From Crocinitomicaceae bacterium (GTDB lineage Bacteria; Bacteroidota; Bacteroidia; Flavobacteriales_D; Crocinitomicaceae), in the NCBI GenBank assembly GCA_020832365.1, contig JAFIEX010000001.1, positions 1-61,299 on the forward strand: a stretch of 61,299 nt of DNA, read 5' to 3'. The notes beneath the pieces were generated by a model. The model searched no databases, had not been told where the DNA came from, and saw nothing but the letters and a program-made list of their open reading frames with translations. Position 1 is the stretch's first letter, and each line of letters opens with the position of its first letter. Both the position numbers and the translations under genes were made by a program. Shown piece by piece: positions 28,568 to 38,211 of the stretch.

Positions 28568-30418
28568 ATGAGAAAGGTTGTTTTATTTTTTGTTGGGTTG
28601 TTTGCTTCGGGACTTTTGTTGGCGCAAGCGGTTAAGCGTATGGAGCCATTGAATTGGTGGGAAGGCATGAATCTTAGCCGGGTAGAGATCATGCTTTATG
28701 GTGATGACATTGCCAAATATGATGTAAATGTAGAAGGATTAACCGTTATGCAGCAGCTTAGAACGGAAAATCCCAACTATATTTTCGTCACGGTAGAAAC
28801 AAGAAACATGCCTGCTGGTATTTATCCGATTCAATTGCGAAATAAAAAAAGAGTCGTTCAAACATTAAATTTTGAATTAAAAGAGCGGCGTCCGGGTTCT
28901 GCAAGAAGACCGAGCTTTAATACCTCTGATGTGGTTTATTTGTTAATGCCAGATCGTTTCGCTAATGGTAATCCTGAGAATGACTCTCACCCAGCTGTTA
29001 CCGAAAAAGCGAACAGGTCTTATCCAGGAGGTCGTCATGGTGGAGATATTGAAGGGATTATTCAACATTTAGATTATATCAAAGAGCTAGGCGCTACAGC
29101 TATTTGGTCAACGCCTTTATTGGAGGATAATGATGCAACGTATTCCTACCACACTTACGGTCAAAGTGATTTATATAAAATTGATCCACGTTTTGGCACC
29201 AATGAAGATTACTTAAGATTAGTAGAAGAAGCCCATAAACGAGGCATTAAAATTATTAAGGACGTAGTTCCCAACCATTGGGGGGAAGAGCATTGGATGA
29301 TGCATGATTTACCAACTTATGATTGGTTACATCAATTCCCAGGTTACGGTCAAACGAACTATCGATCATCTACGCAAATCGATCCAAATCGATCTGAAAT
29401 AGATTTGAAATATTGTGAAGATGGGTGGTTTGTAAAGTCTATGCCAGATTTAAATCAGCGCAATCCGTTGGTGCAAAATTATTTGATTCAAAATACGATT
29501 TGGTGGGTGGAGTATGCCAATTTAGATGGGCTTCGCGTAGATACTTATCCGTATAACGACAAAAATAAAATTGCTGAATGGACGAAAGCTATCACGGACG
29601 AGTACCCCAACTTTAATATTGTGGGAGAAATTTGGATGCACGACCAAGCGCAAATCAGTTATTGGCAAAAAGATAGTCCTATTGGTGCCATTCAATCTTT
29701 TAATTCTCATTTGCCCTCGGTAATGGATTTTACTTTTCATGATGCTGTTGGAGTAGCTTTCGGTGAAACACATGACGGATGGGATGCTGGAATGTATAGA
29801 TTCTATGAAAACTTGGTGAATGATTTCTTGTATGCTGATCCACAAAATTTATTGATTTTCTTGGAGAATCACGACACTGATAGGTTCAACCATAAATATC
29901 CTGACCTGAAAGACTACAAATTGGCTATGACCATTATGGCGACACACAGAGGTATTCCTCAATTGTATTATGGTTCAGAAATAGGAATGGCAGGAGACAA
30001 AAGTAAGGGAGATGCATTTATTCGCGAAGATTTCCCTGGTGGTTGGCCCGGAGATGAGCAAAATGCTTTTACGCAAGATGGTAGGACTGAAAAACAAGAA
30101 GCTTATCATGCTTTCACAAAGAAAGTACTGAATTGGAGAAAAGGTTCTAAAGCTGTGCATGATGGCCGAACGATTCAATTTTTACCTCACCAAAACATCT
30201 ATGTTTACTTCAGGTTGTTGGAGGATGAAAAAGTAATGGTAGTGGTCAATAATAGCAAGGAGGAAAGAGAATTGGACTTAAATCGCTTTGATGAGGTACT
30301 AAGAACTATTTCAGGTGGTACGGATGTTATTTCTGGTGAAAACATATCTTTTTCGACTGGCAAATGGAATATAGCCCCGAAATCATCTTATATTATTCAA
30401 TTAGATTTGGTTAAATGA
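28568..30418 (+). CDS. SusA-like periplasmic GH13 (neopullulanase/cyclomaltodextrinase type)
   Basis: 616 aa with a signal peptide. N-terminal cyclomaltodextrinase-type domain (MEPLNWWEGMN...). GH13 regions GLRVDTYPY, VGEIWMHD and LENHDTDR. Confidence 0.85.
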   Translation: MRKVVLFFVGLFASGLLLAQAVKRMEPLNWWEGMNLSRVEIMLYGDDIAKYDVNVEGLTVMQQLRTENPNYIFVTVETRNMPAGIYPIQLRNKKRVVQTLNFELKERRPGSARRPSFNTSDVVYLLMPDRFANGNPENDSHPAVTEKANRSYPGGRHGGDIEGIIQHLDYIKELGATAIWSTPLLEDNDATYSYHTYGQSDLYKIDPRFGTNEDYLRLVEEAHKRGIKIIKDVVPNHWGEEHWMMHDLPTYDWLHQFPGYGQTNYRSSTQIDPNRSEIDLKYCEDGWFVKSMPDLNQRNPLVQNYLIQNTIWWVEYANLDGLRVDTYPYNDKNKIAEWTKAITDEYPNFNIVGEIWMHDQAQISYWQKDSPIGAIQSFNSHLPSVMDFTFHDAVGVAFGETHDGWDAGMYRFYENLVNDFLYADPQNLLIFLENHDTDRFNHKYPDLKDYKLAMTIMATHRGIPQLYYGSEIGMAGDKSKGDAFIREDFPGGWPGDEQNAFTQDGRTEKQEAYHAFTKKVLNWRKGSKAVHDGRTIQFLPHQNIYVYFRLLEDEKVMVVVNNSKEERELDLNRFDEVLRTISGGTDVISGENISFSTGKWNIAPKSSYIIQLDLVK

Positions 30419-32712
30419 TGCTGCGTATATCCTTGCTTTGGTGTGTGTTGCTTTCGGTTGTTCTTGCATGGTCGCAATCAGAGGTTTTATCAATTGTCTC
30501 CGATTCAATCGTGCGGGTAAAAACAAATACTGGAAGCTATCACCTTTCAGCTTATGGCGAAAATGTTATAGCTGTGGATTATTATCCTAATGAAGCTGGT
30601 CATCACCTAGAAAGTTTTGCTTTAATTGCAGAGATGGGTAGGTTTGATAAAGTGGAGGAAGATGATGAAAAACTACTGCTGCAAAATGGATTATTAACAT
30701 GTGTTATACAAAAAGCATCTTTTTCTTTGAATTTTGAAAGCCCAAATGAACACTTGTTTAGCCAGAAACCCTTTGGTTTATCCAAGGACGATTCCGTAAA
30801 AATTGCCTTAAATATATCTTCTGAAGATGTTTTGTATGGTGGTGGAGCAAGAGCAGTTGGGATGAATAGAAGAGGTCATCGTTTAGAGCTCTATAATAAA
30901 GCCCATTATGGTTACGAAGAATATTCAGATTGGATGAATTATACTTTGCCCTTGGTTTTTAGTTCAAAGCGTTATTTCGTTCATTTTGATAACCCCACAA
31001 AAGGCATCTTGGATTTAGACCACGAAAAAGTCGATACAGTGCGCTTTGAAGCTGAGAGCGGTGCGCATCGCTATCAAGTTGCTTATGCTCAAAATTGGGA
31101 TGATTTACTGCATGACTTCACCTTAGTCTTTGGTAGACAACCTCTGCCACCAATGTGGGTATTGGGTAATTTCTCAAGTAGATTTGGTTATCGCTCTGCT
31201 GAGGAGGTCAGAAACGTAGTGCAACTTTATGAGCAGATGAACATCCCTGTAGATGCTTTGATTTTAGATTTGTACTGGTTTGGAAAAACCATTCAAGGCA
31301 CGATGGGTAATTTGCGTTTCGATATAGACTCTTTTCCTAATCCAACTGGTTTGTTACAAGAATTACAAGCGAAAAAAATTCAGCCGATATTAATTACAGA
31401 GCCTTTTATTTTATCTACAAGCGATAGATGGGAAGAAGCTTTAGCAGCCGATGTGTTAGCAAAAGATGCTGACGGCAAACCTTATCTATTTGATTTTTAC
31501 TTTGGCAATACAGGCTTAATTGATATTTTTTCTCCAAAAGCCAAAGCATGGTTTTGGGATATTTATAAGGAGCTCCGAGAAATGGGGGCTATCGGAGTTT
31601 GGGGTGATTTAGGTGAGCCAGAAGTACATCCTGCTGGTATTATGCACCACGGCGGGAGAACAGCAAATGAACTGCACAATGTTTATGGGCATGAATGGGC
31701 GAGACTTGTTTATGAGGGCTATGCCAACGATTTTCCAGAAGAAAGACTCTTCAATTTGATGCGTGCAGGTGCGACAGGCTCTCAGCGATATGGTTTAGTT
31801 CCTTGGTCTGGCGATGTAAATAGGACATGGGGAGGATTGAAATCACAAGTGGAGATCGCCCTACAAATGGGAATGCAAGGTTTGGCTTATATGCATTCTG
31901 ATTTAGGTGGATTTGCGGGGGATTATGATGACCCAGAACTATATGTTCGATGGCTGCAATATGGTGTTTTTCAACCAGTTTTTAGACCACATGCTCAAGA
32001 AGAAGTGCCCAGTGAACCAGTTTTTAAGGACGCTGAAACAAGAGCCATTGCCGCAAATGCCATTCAATTGCGTTACCAATTGTTACCTTACAATTATGCA
32101 TTGGTTTACGAGAATAGTTTGAAAGGTAGGCCATTGATGAGACCATTATTTTTTGACTTCCCTATTGACAGTTTAGCACAAATTACCAATTCATCTTTTC
32201 TATGGGGGAAGTCTTTTTTGATTACTCCGGTGGTTGAAAAGTCACTGAGTGCGGTGGAAATAGTTGTGCCACCACATTCTACTTGGGTCGATTTTTACTC
32301 TGGAGAATTGATTCAAAACCTAACTGCAAAAAGTAAATTAATTGCTAAACCTATAAATGAAAATCAAATTCCAACCTTGGTAAAGTCTGGTAGTATTATT
32401 CCGTTTCATCAACCTATGCAGAGAACATCAGAATATGATTTAGCAAAAATTGATTGGTTAATTTTTCTGGATAATGCCATAGCCTCTTGTGATGCGACGA
32501 TTTATTTTGATAACGGACTCCCTATGTCTCATATTAACTTTCAAGTTGATGAATACAATTTACGTTATCAATGGAGGAGCAATACCTTATTATTGGAATT
32601 TACTAAAAACGGGATGCCCTCTGATGAATTGACAATCGAAAAGTTGAAGTTTAAAGGAAAAATAGCGCCTAAAAAAATAAAAATTAACGGGAAAAAGGCG
32701 ACAAAACAATAA
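30415..32712 (+). CDS. GH31 alpha-glucosidase
   Basis: 765 aa with a signal peptide. GH31 motifs GVWGDLGEPE (nucleophile region) and PWSGDVNRTW (acid/base region). ATGA overlap with the upstream gene. Confidence 0.85.
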   Translation: MMLRISLLWCVLLSVVLAWSQSEVLSIVSDSIVRVKTNTGSYHLSAYGENVIAVDYYPNEAGHHLESFALIAEMGRFDKVEEDDEKLLLQNGLLTCVIQKASFSLNFESPNEHLFSQKPFGLSKDDSVKIALNISSEDVLYGGGARAVGMNRRGHRLELYNKAHYGYEEYSDWMNYTLPLVFSSKRYFVHFDNPTKGILDLDHEKVDTVRFEAESGAHRYQVAYAQNWDDLLHDFTLVFGRQPLPPMWVLGNFSSRFGYRSAEEVRNVVQLYEQMNIPVDALILDLYWFGKTIQGTMGNLRFDIDSFPNPTGLLQELQAKKIQPILITEPFILSTSDRWEEALAADVLAKDADGKPYLFDFYFGNTGLIDIFSPKAKAWFWDIYKELREMGAIGVWGDLGEPEVHPAGIMHHGGRTANELHNVYGHEWARLVYEGYANDFPEERLFNLMRAGATGSQRYGLVPWSGDVNRTWGGLKSQVEIALQMGMQGLAYMHSDLGGFAGDYDDPELYVRWLQYGVFQPVFRPHAQEEVPSEPVFKDAETRAIAANAIQLRYQLLPYNYALVYENSLKGRPLMRPLFFDFPIDSLAQITNSSFLWGKSFLITPVVEKSLSAVEIVVPPHSTWVDFYSGELIQNLTAKSKLIAKPINENQIPTLVKSGSIIPFHQPMQRTSEYDLAKIDWLIFLDNAIASCDATIYFDNGLPMSHINFQVDEYNLRYQWRSNTLLLEFTKNGMPSDELTIEKLKFKGKIAPKKIKINGKKATKQ

Positions 32713-32737
32713 AATATAACCTTCTTTGGAAAAATAT

Positions 32738-32760
32738 CTTAGTGTCTTTTTGACGTTTAA
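32738..32760. promoter_or_regulatory. Candidate operator, site D: CTTAGTGT-CTTTTTG-ACGTTTAA
   Basis: Read directly. Perfect left arm. It overlaps the -33 TTG (32750-32752) of the susC promoter. Confidence 0.6.
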
Positions 32761-32780
32761 CAATAATTAATATATATTTG
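32750..32780 (+). promoter_or_regulatory. susC promoter (-33 TTG, -7 TATATTTG)
   Basis: TTG at 32750-32752, a 20-nt spacer, then TATATTTG at 32773-32780, 38 nt before the ATG. Confidence 0.65.
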
Positions 32781-32818
32781 AGGTTCAGAAATGATTTTGA
32801 TAAAGCAAATGTAAAACC

Positions 32819-35800
32819 ATGAAACAAACACTTTTACTATTTACAGTCGTATTTTCATTAAGTTTCTCAATGGCTCAAACTAGCGCTATTAAGGGTAAAG
32901 TAATCGACGAAGAAGGTAATCCTATATTTAATGCAGCTATTGTAGTTGAAGGAGAAGGAAAGGGTGCCTACACTAATATGAATGGAGATTATGAGGTAGC
33001 TGGTTTAACGCCAGGTGAATACACAGTCTCTTTTAGAAGTAGTGAGTTTAAAAACAAACAAGAAACGGTTACACTAGGTGCAGGTGAGACATTAGTTCTT
33101 GATGTCATCATGTCTACTTCTCAGGATTTAGAGGAAGTCATGGTAATCGGCTATGGAACCATGCGGACTTCTGATTTAACGGGTGCAGCAACTGTGATTA
33201 AAGAAGATAAGTTTTTCAAGGGGAATGTTGGTACACCAGAGCAGTTGATTATGGGTAAAGCTGCTGGTCTTAGGGTTAATACCAATGATGGGTCTCCTGG
33301 AGGAGGGAGTACGATTCGTTTACGTGGAGGAACTTCTTTGAATGCTAGCAATGATCCTTTGATTGTGGTGGATGGTGTGCCTTTAGATAATGGTGGTATT
33401 GCTGGTTCGCCAAACGCTTTGTCATTAATAAATCCGAATGACATTGAATCTTTCGTGATTTTGAGAGATGCTTCAGCAACTGCTATTTACGGTTCTAGAG
33501 GTGCAAATGGTGTGATTTTAATTACCACCAAGAAAGGGACGAAAAAGAACAAACTCAATGTTAATGTGCAGTCTATTCATAATGTAATGACAGTTGCTCG
33601 CTATGCGGATGTCCTTTCTGCTGATGAATTCAGAGAGTTGGTTACTACAAACGGAACACCTGCTCAGGCTGCCTTATTGGGAGAAGCCAATACAGATTGG
33701 CAACGTGAAGTTTTCAGGACAGCCTACACCGCAGACAATAACGTGTCTGTTACTGGAGGGATTAACAATTTACCTTACAGGCTTTCTTTTGGTAATAGAT
33801 ATGAAAATGGTTTGTTGCAAAATGATAGATTTATTAGAAACTCCTTGGCTTTGTCTTTAACGCCTCAGTTTTTGGATGGTGATTTGCAAATTCAATTCAA
33901 CAATAGGCTTGCCCATACTTCAAATGTGTTTGCTGATAGAGGAGCCTTAGGCGCTGCCTATTTTGATCCTACACAACCAGTTTTTGTCGATAGTGAGGAC
34001 TTTGGTGGTTATTTCGAGTGGTTGGAAAATAACGGTGCGCCAAATCAACTTTCTCCGCGAAATCCAGTTGGATTAATCAATCAAAGAGATGACCGAAGTT
34101 CAGTGTTGCGATATATTGGTAATTTAAAGGCTACTTATCGACTACCTTTTTGGAGAGAGGTAAGAACAACTGTAAATGTTGGTACGGATAGAGCAGAAAG
34201 TTCAGGTTCCGTAACTACAGCTGCATCATCTGCTGCAGGATTTTTCTCGCAAGGAAGTTTCAATGAGTATTTTCAAAGACGAGGGAATCAGTTGTTTGAG
34301 GCATTTGTTAACTATAATAATGGTGAAAATGATTCTCGTCATTTAATTGATTTTACTGGAGGTTGGACAGCTCAAGATTGGTTTACAATTAGTCCTAATT
34401 TGCCAATTTTCAATGAAGCTCAGGATTCTATTATTCAACCTGCTGCTGCCAATCCTTTTGATACCAGAAACGCTTTGCTTTCCTATTTTGGTAGGGGAAT
34501 TTATACTTTTGATGACAGATATGTGCTCAACCTTTCGGTGCGTCGCGATGGGTCTTCACGCTTCAGCCCTGAAACGAGATGGGGAACTTTCCCTTCTGCA
34601 TCTGCTGCATGGTTAATTTCAAGAGAAAACTTCATGAAAGATCTTAAATGGATGAGCATGATGAAAGTAAGAGCTGGATGGGGTGTGACTGGTCAGCAGG
34701 ATGGTATTGGTGATTACGCCTATATCCCTAATTATTTCCCAGGTTCAGAAACAGCTCAGTATGGTTTTGGTGGTGTTTTCTACCCTGTACTTCGACCTGA
34801 TGGTTTTGATGCGAATCTGCGCTGGGAAACAACATCGAGTATCAACATTGGTGTAGATTTTGGATTTTTTAAAGATAGGATTAACGGTTCAATTGATATT
34901 TATTCTAGAGATACCAGAGATTTATTGGCAGTAGTTCCGGTACCTGCTGGTTCTAACTTTACTAATCAAATTTTAACCAACGTTGGTGCAATGCGCAATG
35001 AAGGTATTGAATTCATGTTAAATGCGGCTGTAATCTCCAAAAAAGACACAAGATTGGATATTTCCGGTAATGCGGCATATAATTTTAATACCGTATTACA
35101 GTTGACGCAAATTGAAGACCCTAATTCTCCAGGTGTTTTAGTAGGGGGAATAGCCGGTGGAATAGGTAATACAATTCAAGTTCATCAAATTGGGTCGCCA
35201 ACATTTTCTTTCTTTGTCTATGAACAGCAGTATGATGCTGATGGTATGCCAATTGAAGTAGGTGCGCCTAATCCTGCGGGAGGAACTTATACAGAATTAG
35301 ATGCCTTTGTGGATAGAAATGGAGACGGTGTTATTAATATTGAAGATAGATATGTACTTGGTCAAGCGGCACCACTCTGGTTTTTAGGTCTTTCTTTCGA
35401 CTATTCCTATAAAAAGTGGTTTGCTTCATTAGGCGTTAGGGCTGAATTGGGTGGTTATATTTATAATAACATTCATTCGAACAATGGAACTTTTATGGGG
35501 ATTAACGGTACACAAGGTTTCTTGAATAACTTGACGGATTTATATTTTGAAGAGGAGTTTCAAACAACAACTGAACGTCAGTTGTTAAGTGATCACTACG
35601 TTGAAAGAGCAGATTTCCTTAGGTTAGATTATATTAGTGTTGGTTATGACTTTGGTAGATTAAAAGCTTTTAAAGAAAGAGTAACTTTCAGAGCTGCTCT
35701 GACGGTGAATAATGTTGCCGTGCTTACCCAATACAAAGGATTAGACCCCGAAATTGTAGGTGGAATTGATAATAATATTTATCCAAGACCAAGAGTGTTC

Positions 35801-35827
35801 TCATTGAATTTGTCATTTGGATTTTAA
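32819..35827 (+). CDS. susC: SusC/RagA-family TonB-dependent outer-membrane transporter
   Basis: 1002 aa. Carboxypeptidase-regulatory-like N-domain (IKGKVIDEEGNPI), plug with a TonB-box region, SusC signature LRGGTSLNASNDPLIVVDGVP, terminal ...LNLSFGF. Confidence 0.9.
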   Translation: MKQTLLLFTVVFSLSFSMAQTSAIKGKVIDEEGNPIFNAAIVVEGEGKGAYTNMNGDYEVAGLTPGEYTVSFRSSEFKNKQETVTLGAGETLVLDVIMSTSQDLEEVMVIGYGTMRTSDLTGAATVIKEDKFFKGNVGTPEQLIMGKAAGLRVNTNDGSPGGGSTIRLRGGTSLNASNDPLIVVDGVPLDNGGIAGSPNALSLINPNDIESFVILRDASATAIYGSRGANGVILITTKKGTKKNKLNVNVQSIHNVMTVARYADVLSADEFRELVTTNGTPAQAALLGEANTDWQREVFRTAYTADNNVSVTGGINNLPYRLSFGNRYENGLLQNDRFIRNSLALSLTPQFLDGDLQIQFNNRLAHTSNVFADRGALGAAYFDPTQPVFVDSEDFGGYFEWLENNGAPNQLSPRNPVGLINQRDDRSSVLRYIGNLKATYRLPFWREVRTTVNVGTDRAESSGSVTTAASSAAGFFSQGSFNEYFQRRGNQLFEAFVNYNNGENDSRHLIDFTGGWTAQDWFTISPNLPIFNEAQDSIIQPAAANPFDTRNALLSYFGRGIYTFDDRYVLNLSVRRDGSSRFSPETRWGTFPSASAAWLISRENFMKDLKWMSMMKVRAGWGVTGQQDGIGDYAYIPNYFPGSETAQYGFGGVFYPVLRPDGFDANLRWETTSSINIGVDFGFFKDRINGSIDIYSRDTRDLLAVVPVPAGSNFTNQILTNVGAMRNEGIEFMLNAAVISKKDTRLDISGNAAYNFNTVLQLTQIEDPNSPGVLVGGIAGGIGNTIQVHQIGSPTFSFFVYEQQYDADGMPIEVGAPNPAGGTYTELDAFVDRNGDGVINIEDRYVLGQAAPLWFLGLSFDYSYKKWFASLGVRAELGGYIYNNIHSNNGTFMGINGTQGFLNNLTDLYFEEEFQTTTERQLLSDHYVERADFLRLDYISVGYDFGRLKAFKERVTFRAALTVNNVAVLTQYKGLDPEIVGGIDNNIYPRPRVFSLNLSFGF

Positions 35828-35839
35828 AGAAATAGTGTT

Positions 35840-37420
35840 ATGAAGATGAATTGGAAAATTTTAGTAGTTGGTTTGATGGCCATGAGTTTTGGACTCTTCG
35901 GATGTCGCAAGTACCTGAATCAAACCCCAAAATACGGTTTAAATGCGGAGGCCGTTTTTAGTGATCCGAATAATTATATTAATGTTTTGGCAAACCTTTA
36001 CTCTGGTTTGTCAATGACAGGCTTGGAAGGTCCCGCTGGAAATGGTGACATTGCTGGGATCGATGAAGGTTTTTCAGCATACATTCGTGTGCTTTATAAC
36101 CTACAAGTGCTTCCAACGGATGAGGTGGTTTGTGGATGGAATGACCCAGGTATTCCAGAGTTGAATAACATGCAATGGTCAGCGGAAAGTCCTTTCGTCT
36201 TGGGAATGTATTACAGAATTTACTATCAAGTGATGTTGTGTAATGAGTTTATTCGTCAAGCTAGCGAAGAGCAAATGGAAAACAGAGGATTTAGTGAAGC
36301 TGATAGAACAAAAATCAGGAGGTTTAGACAAGAGGCGAGATTCTTGCGTGCACTTAGTTATTACCACGCTTTGGATTTGTTTGGTAATGTTCCATTTGTG
36401 ACAGAAGAGAATTTGGTTGGTGCATTTCAGCCAGAGCGTATTCGCAGAGCTGAGCTTTTTGATTATATTGAATCGGAAATTTTGGATATTGTTAATGATC
36501 TTCCGTTACCTTCTCCAGCAATTTATGGGCACGCAACGCAAGATGCAGCGAGAACTTTGTTGGCTAGATTGTATTTGAATGCGGAGGTTTACACTGGTGT
36601 TCCTAGGTATGCAGATTGTGCAACGCAATGTTCTCAGGTGATTAATTCGGGTGCTTATGCTTTACAAACGAATTATCCAGACCTTTTCAAAGCTGACAAT
36701 AAATTATCTAATGAAATAATATTTCCTGTTGTGTTTGATGGTTTATATGCGCAGACTTGGGGTGGAACAACTTTCCTTGTGTGTGCTGCACTCGGAGGAA
36801 CAATGAACGCAGCCGATTTTGGTGTGAATGGTGCTTGGGCTGGTTTGCGTGTAACACCACAATTTGTAGATAAATTCCCAGACTCTACACTAGATAGCAG
36901 ATACCAATTCTGGACGGATGGTCAACAAAAGGAAATTACCTCATTGACTACTTTTTCTCACGGATATGGCTTACCGAAATATAAAAATATTCGTTCCACA
37001 GGGCAAGTAGGTTCAAACAATGGAAACACGGCGTTTGTGGATATTGACTTTCCTATGTTCCGCTTAGCAGATGTTTACTTAATGTATGCTGAATGTGCAG
37101 TTCGTGGTGCAGCTGACCCAGGTCTTGGGGCCAATTATTTTAACCAAGTGCGCGAAAGAGCCTATGGAAATGCAAGTTTCAATATCGCCAGTCCAACACT
37201 ACAAGATATTTTGGATGAAAGAGGTAGAGAGTTACATTGGGAATGTGTTAGAAGAACAGATTTAATTCGTTTTAACTTGTTCACTGAAGGAGACTATTTA
37301 TGGACATTTAAAGGAGGACCTGTAAATGGTCAAGCTGTATCTTCACATCGGAACCTTTATCCGTTGCCAACAGCTGATCTTGTTTTGAATCCTAATTTGA
37401 TACAAAATACTGGTTATTAG
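35840..37420 (+). CDS. susD: SusD/RagB-family glycan-binding lipoprotein
   Basis: 526 aa with a lipoprotein signal (LFGC). Sits directly after SusC. TPR-like helical sequence with RAEL/RFLRALSYYHALDLFGNVPF. Confidence 0.9.
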   Translation: MKMNWKILVVGLMAMSFGLFGCRKYLNQTPKYGLNAEAVFSDPNNYINVLANLYSGLSMTGLEGPAGNGDIAGIDEGFSAYIRVLYNLQVLPTDEVVCGWNDPGIPELNNMQWSAESPFVLGMYYRIYYQVMLCNEFIRQASEEQMENRGFSEADRTKIRRFRQEARFLRALSYYHALDLFGNVPFVTEENLVGAFQPERIRRAELFDYIESEILDIVNDLPLPSPAIYGHATQDAARTLLARLYLNAEVYTGVPRYADCATQCSQVINSGAYALQTNYPDLFKADNKLSNEIIFPVVFDGLYAQTWGGTTFLVCAALGGTMNAADFGVNGAWAGLRVTPQFVDKFPDSTLDSRYQFWTDGQQKEITSLTTFSHGYGLPKYKNIRSTGQVGSNNGNTAFVDIDFPMFRLADVYLMYAECAVRGAADPGLGANYFNQVRERAYGNASFNIASPTLQDILDERGRELHWECVRRTDLIRFNLFTEGDYLWTFKGGPVNGQAVSSHRNLYPLPTADLVLNPNLIQNTGY

Positions 37421-37489
37421 TTTTTATCGCTGAATTAGACATCTTTTTTGTTTTATTTTTTGTTTTATCTCTCAGTTTAATTTCAGCAG

Positions 37490-37519
37490 TCCCTCACCTT
37501 TGGTGGGGGATATTTTTTT
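37490..37519 (+). terminator. Rho-independent terminator after susD
   Basis: Stem CCCTCACC/GGTGGGGG with one G-U pair, loop TTT, followed by a T-run. Confidence 0.7.
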
Positions 37520-37588
37520 AATATTGATCATGAAACATCTATTAATCATCAGAATTATTCCGGAAACAATGCCCTCATGCATCAAAAC

Positions 37589-37614
37589 AAAAAAAACGCC
37601 CTTAAAAGGACGTT
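37589..37614 (-). terminator. Rho-independent terminator after eda
   Basis: Minus strand: AACGTCCT...AGGGCGTT followed by T8. The mismatch is a G-U pair only on the minus-strand RNA, which fits this orientation. Confidence 0.75.
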
Positions 37615-37640
37615 TTTCGCTAATTTAGTTGCTTATATTG

Positions 37641-38201
37641 TTATTTCAGCATCCAGCTTCCGCCAACTGCTAGTACGTTTTTTAAGGCAAGGAAATCTTT
37701 GTGGTTACCTGCGTTTAGTCCGCCTGTTGGACAGAAGCTACATTGGCTGAATACTTGTCCATAAGTTTGAAGTGTCGCTATGCCACCAAATAGATTAGCA
37801 GGAAAAAACTTGAAGATTGAAACGCCATTTCCCATTCCACTAATAATTTCACTTGGCGTTACAGCGCCCGGTAAATAAGCAATACCACTGTTCTCCATTG
37901 CTTTCAACAGTTCAGGGGTGCTCCCGGGGGAAACCATAAACGAGACCGCCAAATCTTGGAGCGCTGCGATTTGATTTTTGTCGACAACAGTGCCTACACC
38001 AATTGAAATTTCTGGATAATTTACTTTCATGAATTGAATCCCCTCCAATGCATATTCCGTTCTTAAAGTGACTTCTGCACAAGAGATATTGGATTGGGCT
38101 AGCTTCTTCGCCACAGTATGCACGTCACTTTCTTGTTGTAAAGTAACCACTGGTATGATTGGATGTTGAAGTAAGATTTCTTTAATGCCGTTTTGTGTCA
38201 T
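37641..38201 (-). CDS. eda: 2-keto-3-deoxy-6-phosphogluconate (KDPG) aldolase, C-terminally short
   Basis: 186 aa. EVTLRT (catalytic Glu region), FKFFPA (Schiff-base Lys), CPTGG, and it ends at GGSWMLK. Confidence 0.85.
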   Translation of the reverse strand: MTQNGIKEILLQHPIIPVVTLQQESDVHTVAKKLAQSNISCAEVTLRTEYALEGIQFMKVNYPEISIGVGTVVDKNQIAALQDLAVSFMVSPGSTPELLKAMENSGIAYLPGAVTPSEIISGMGNGVSIFKFFPANLFGGIATLQTYGQVFSQCSFCPTGGLNAGNHKDFLALKNVLAVGGSWMLK

Positions 38202-38211
38202 GAATGTGTTT

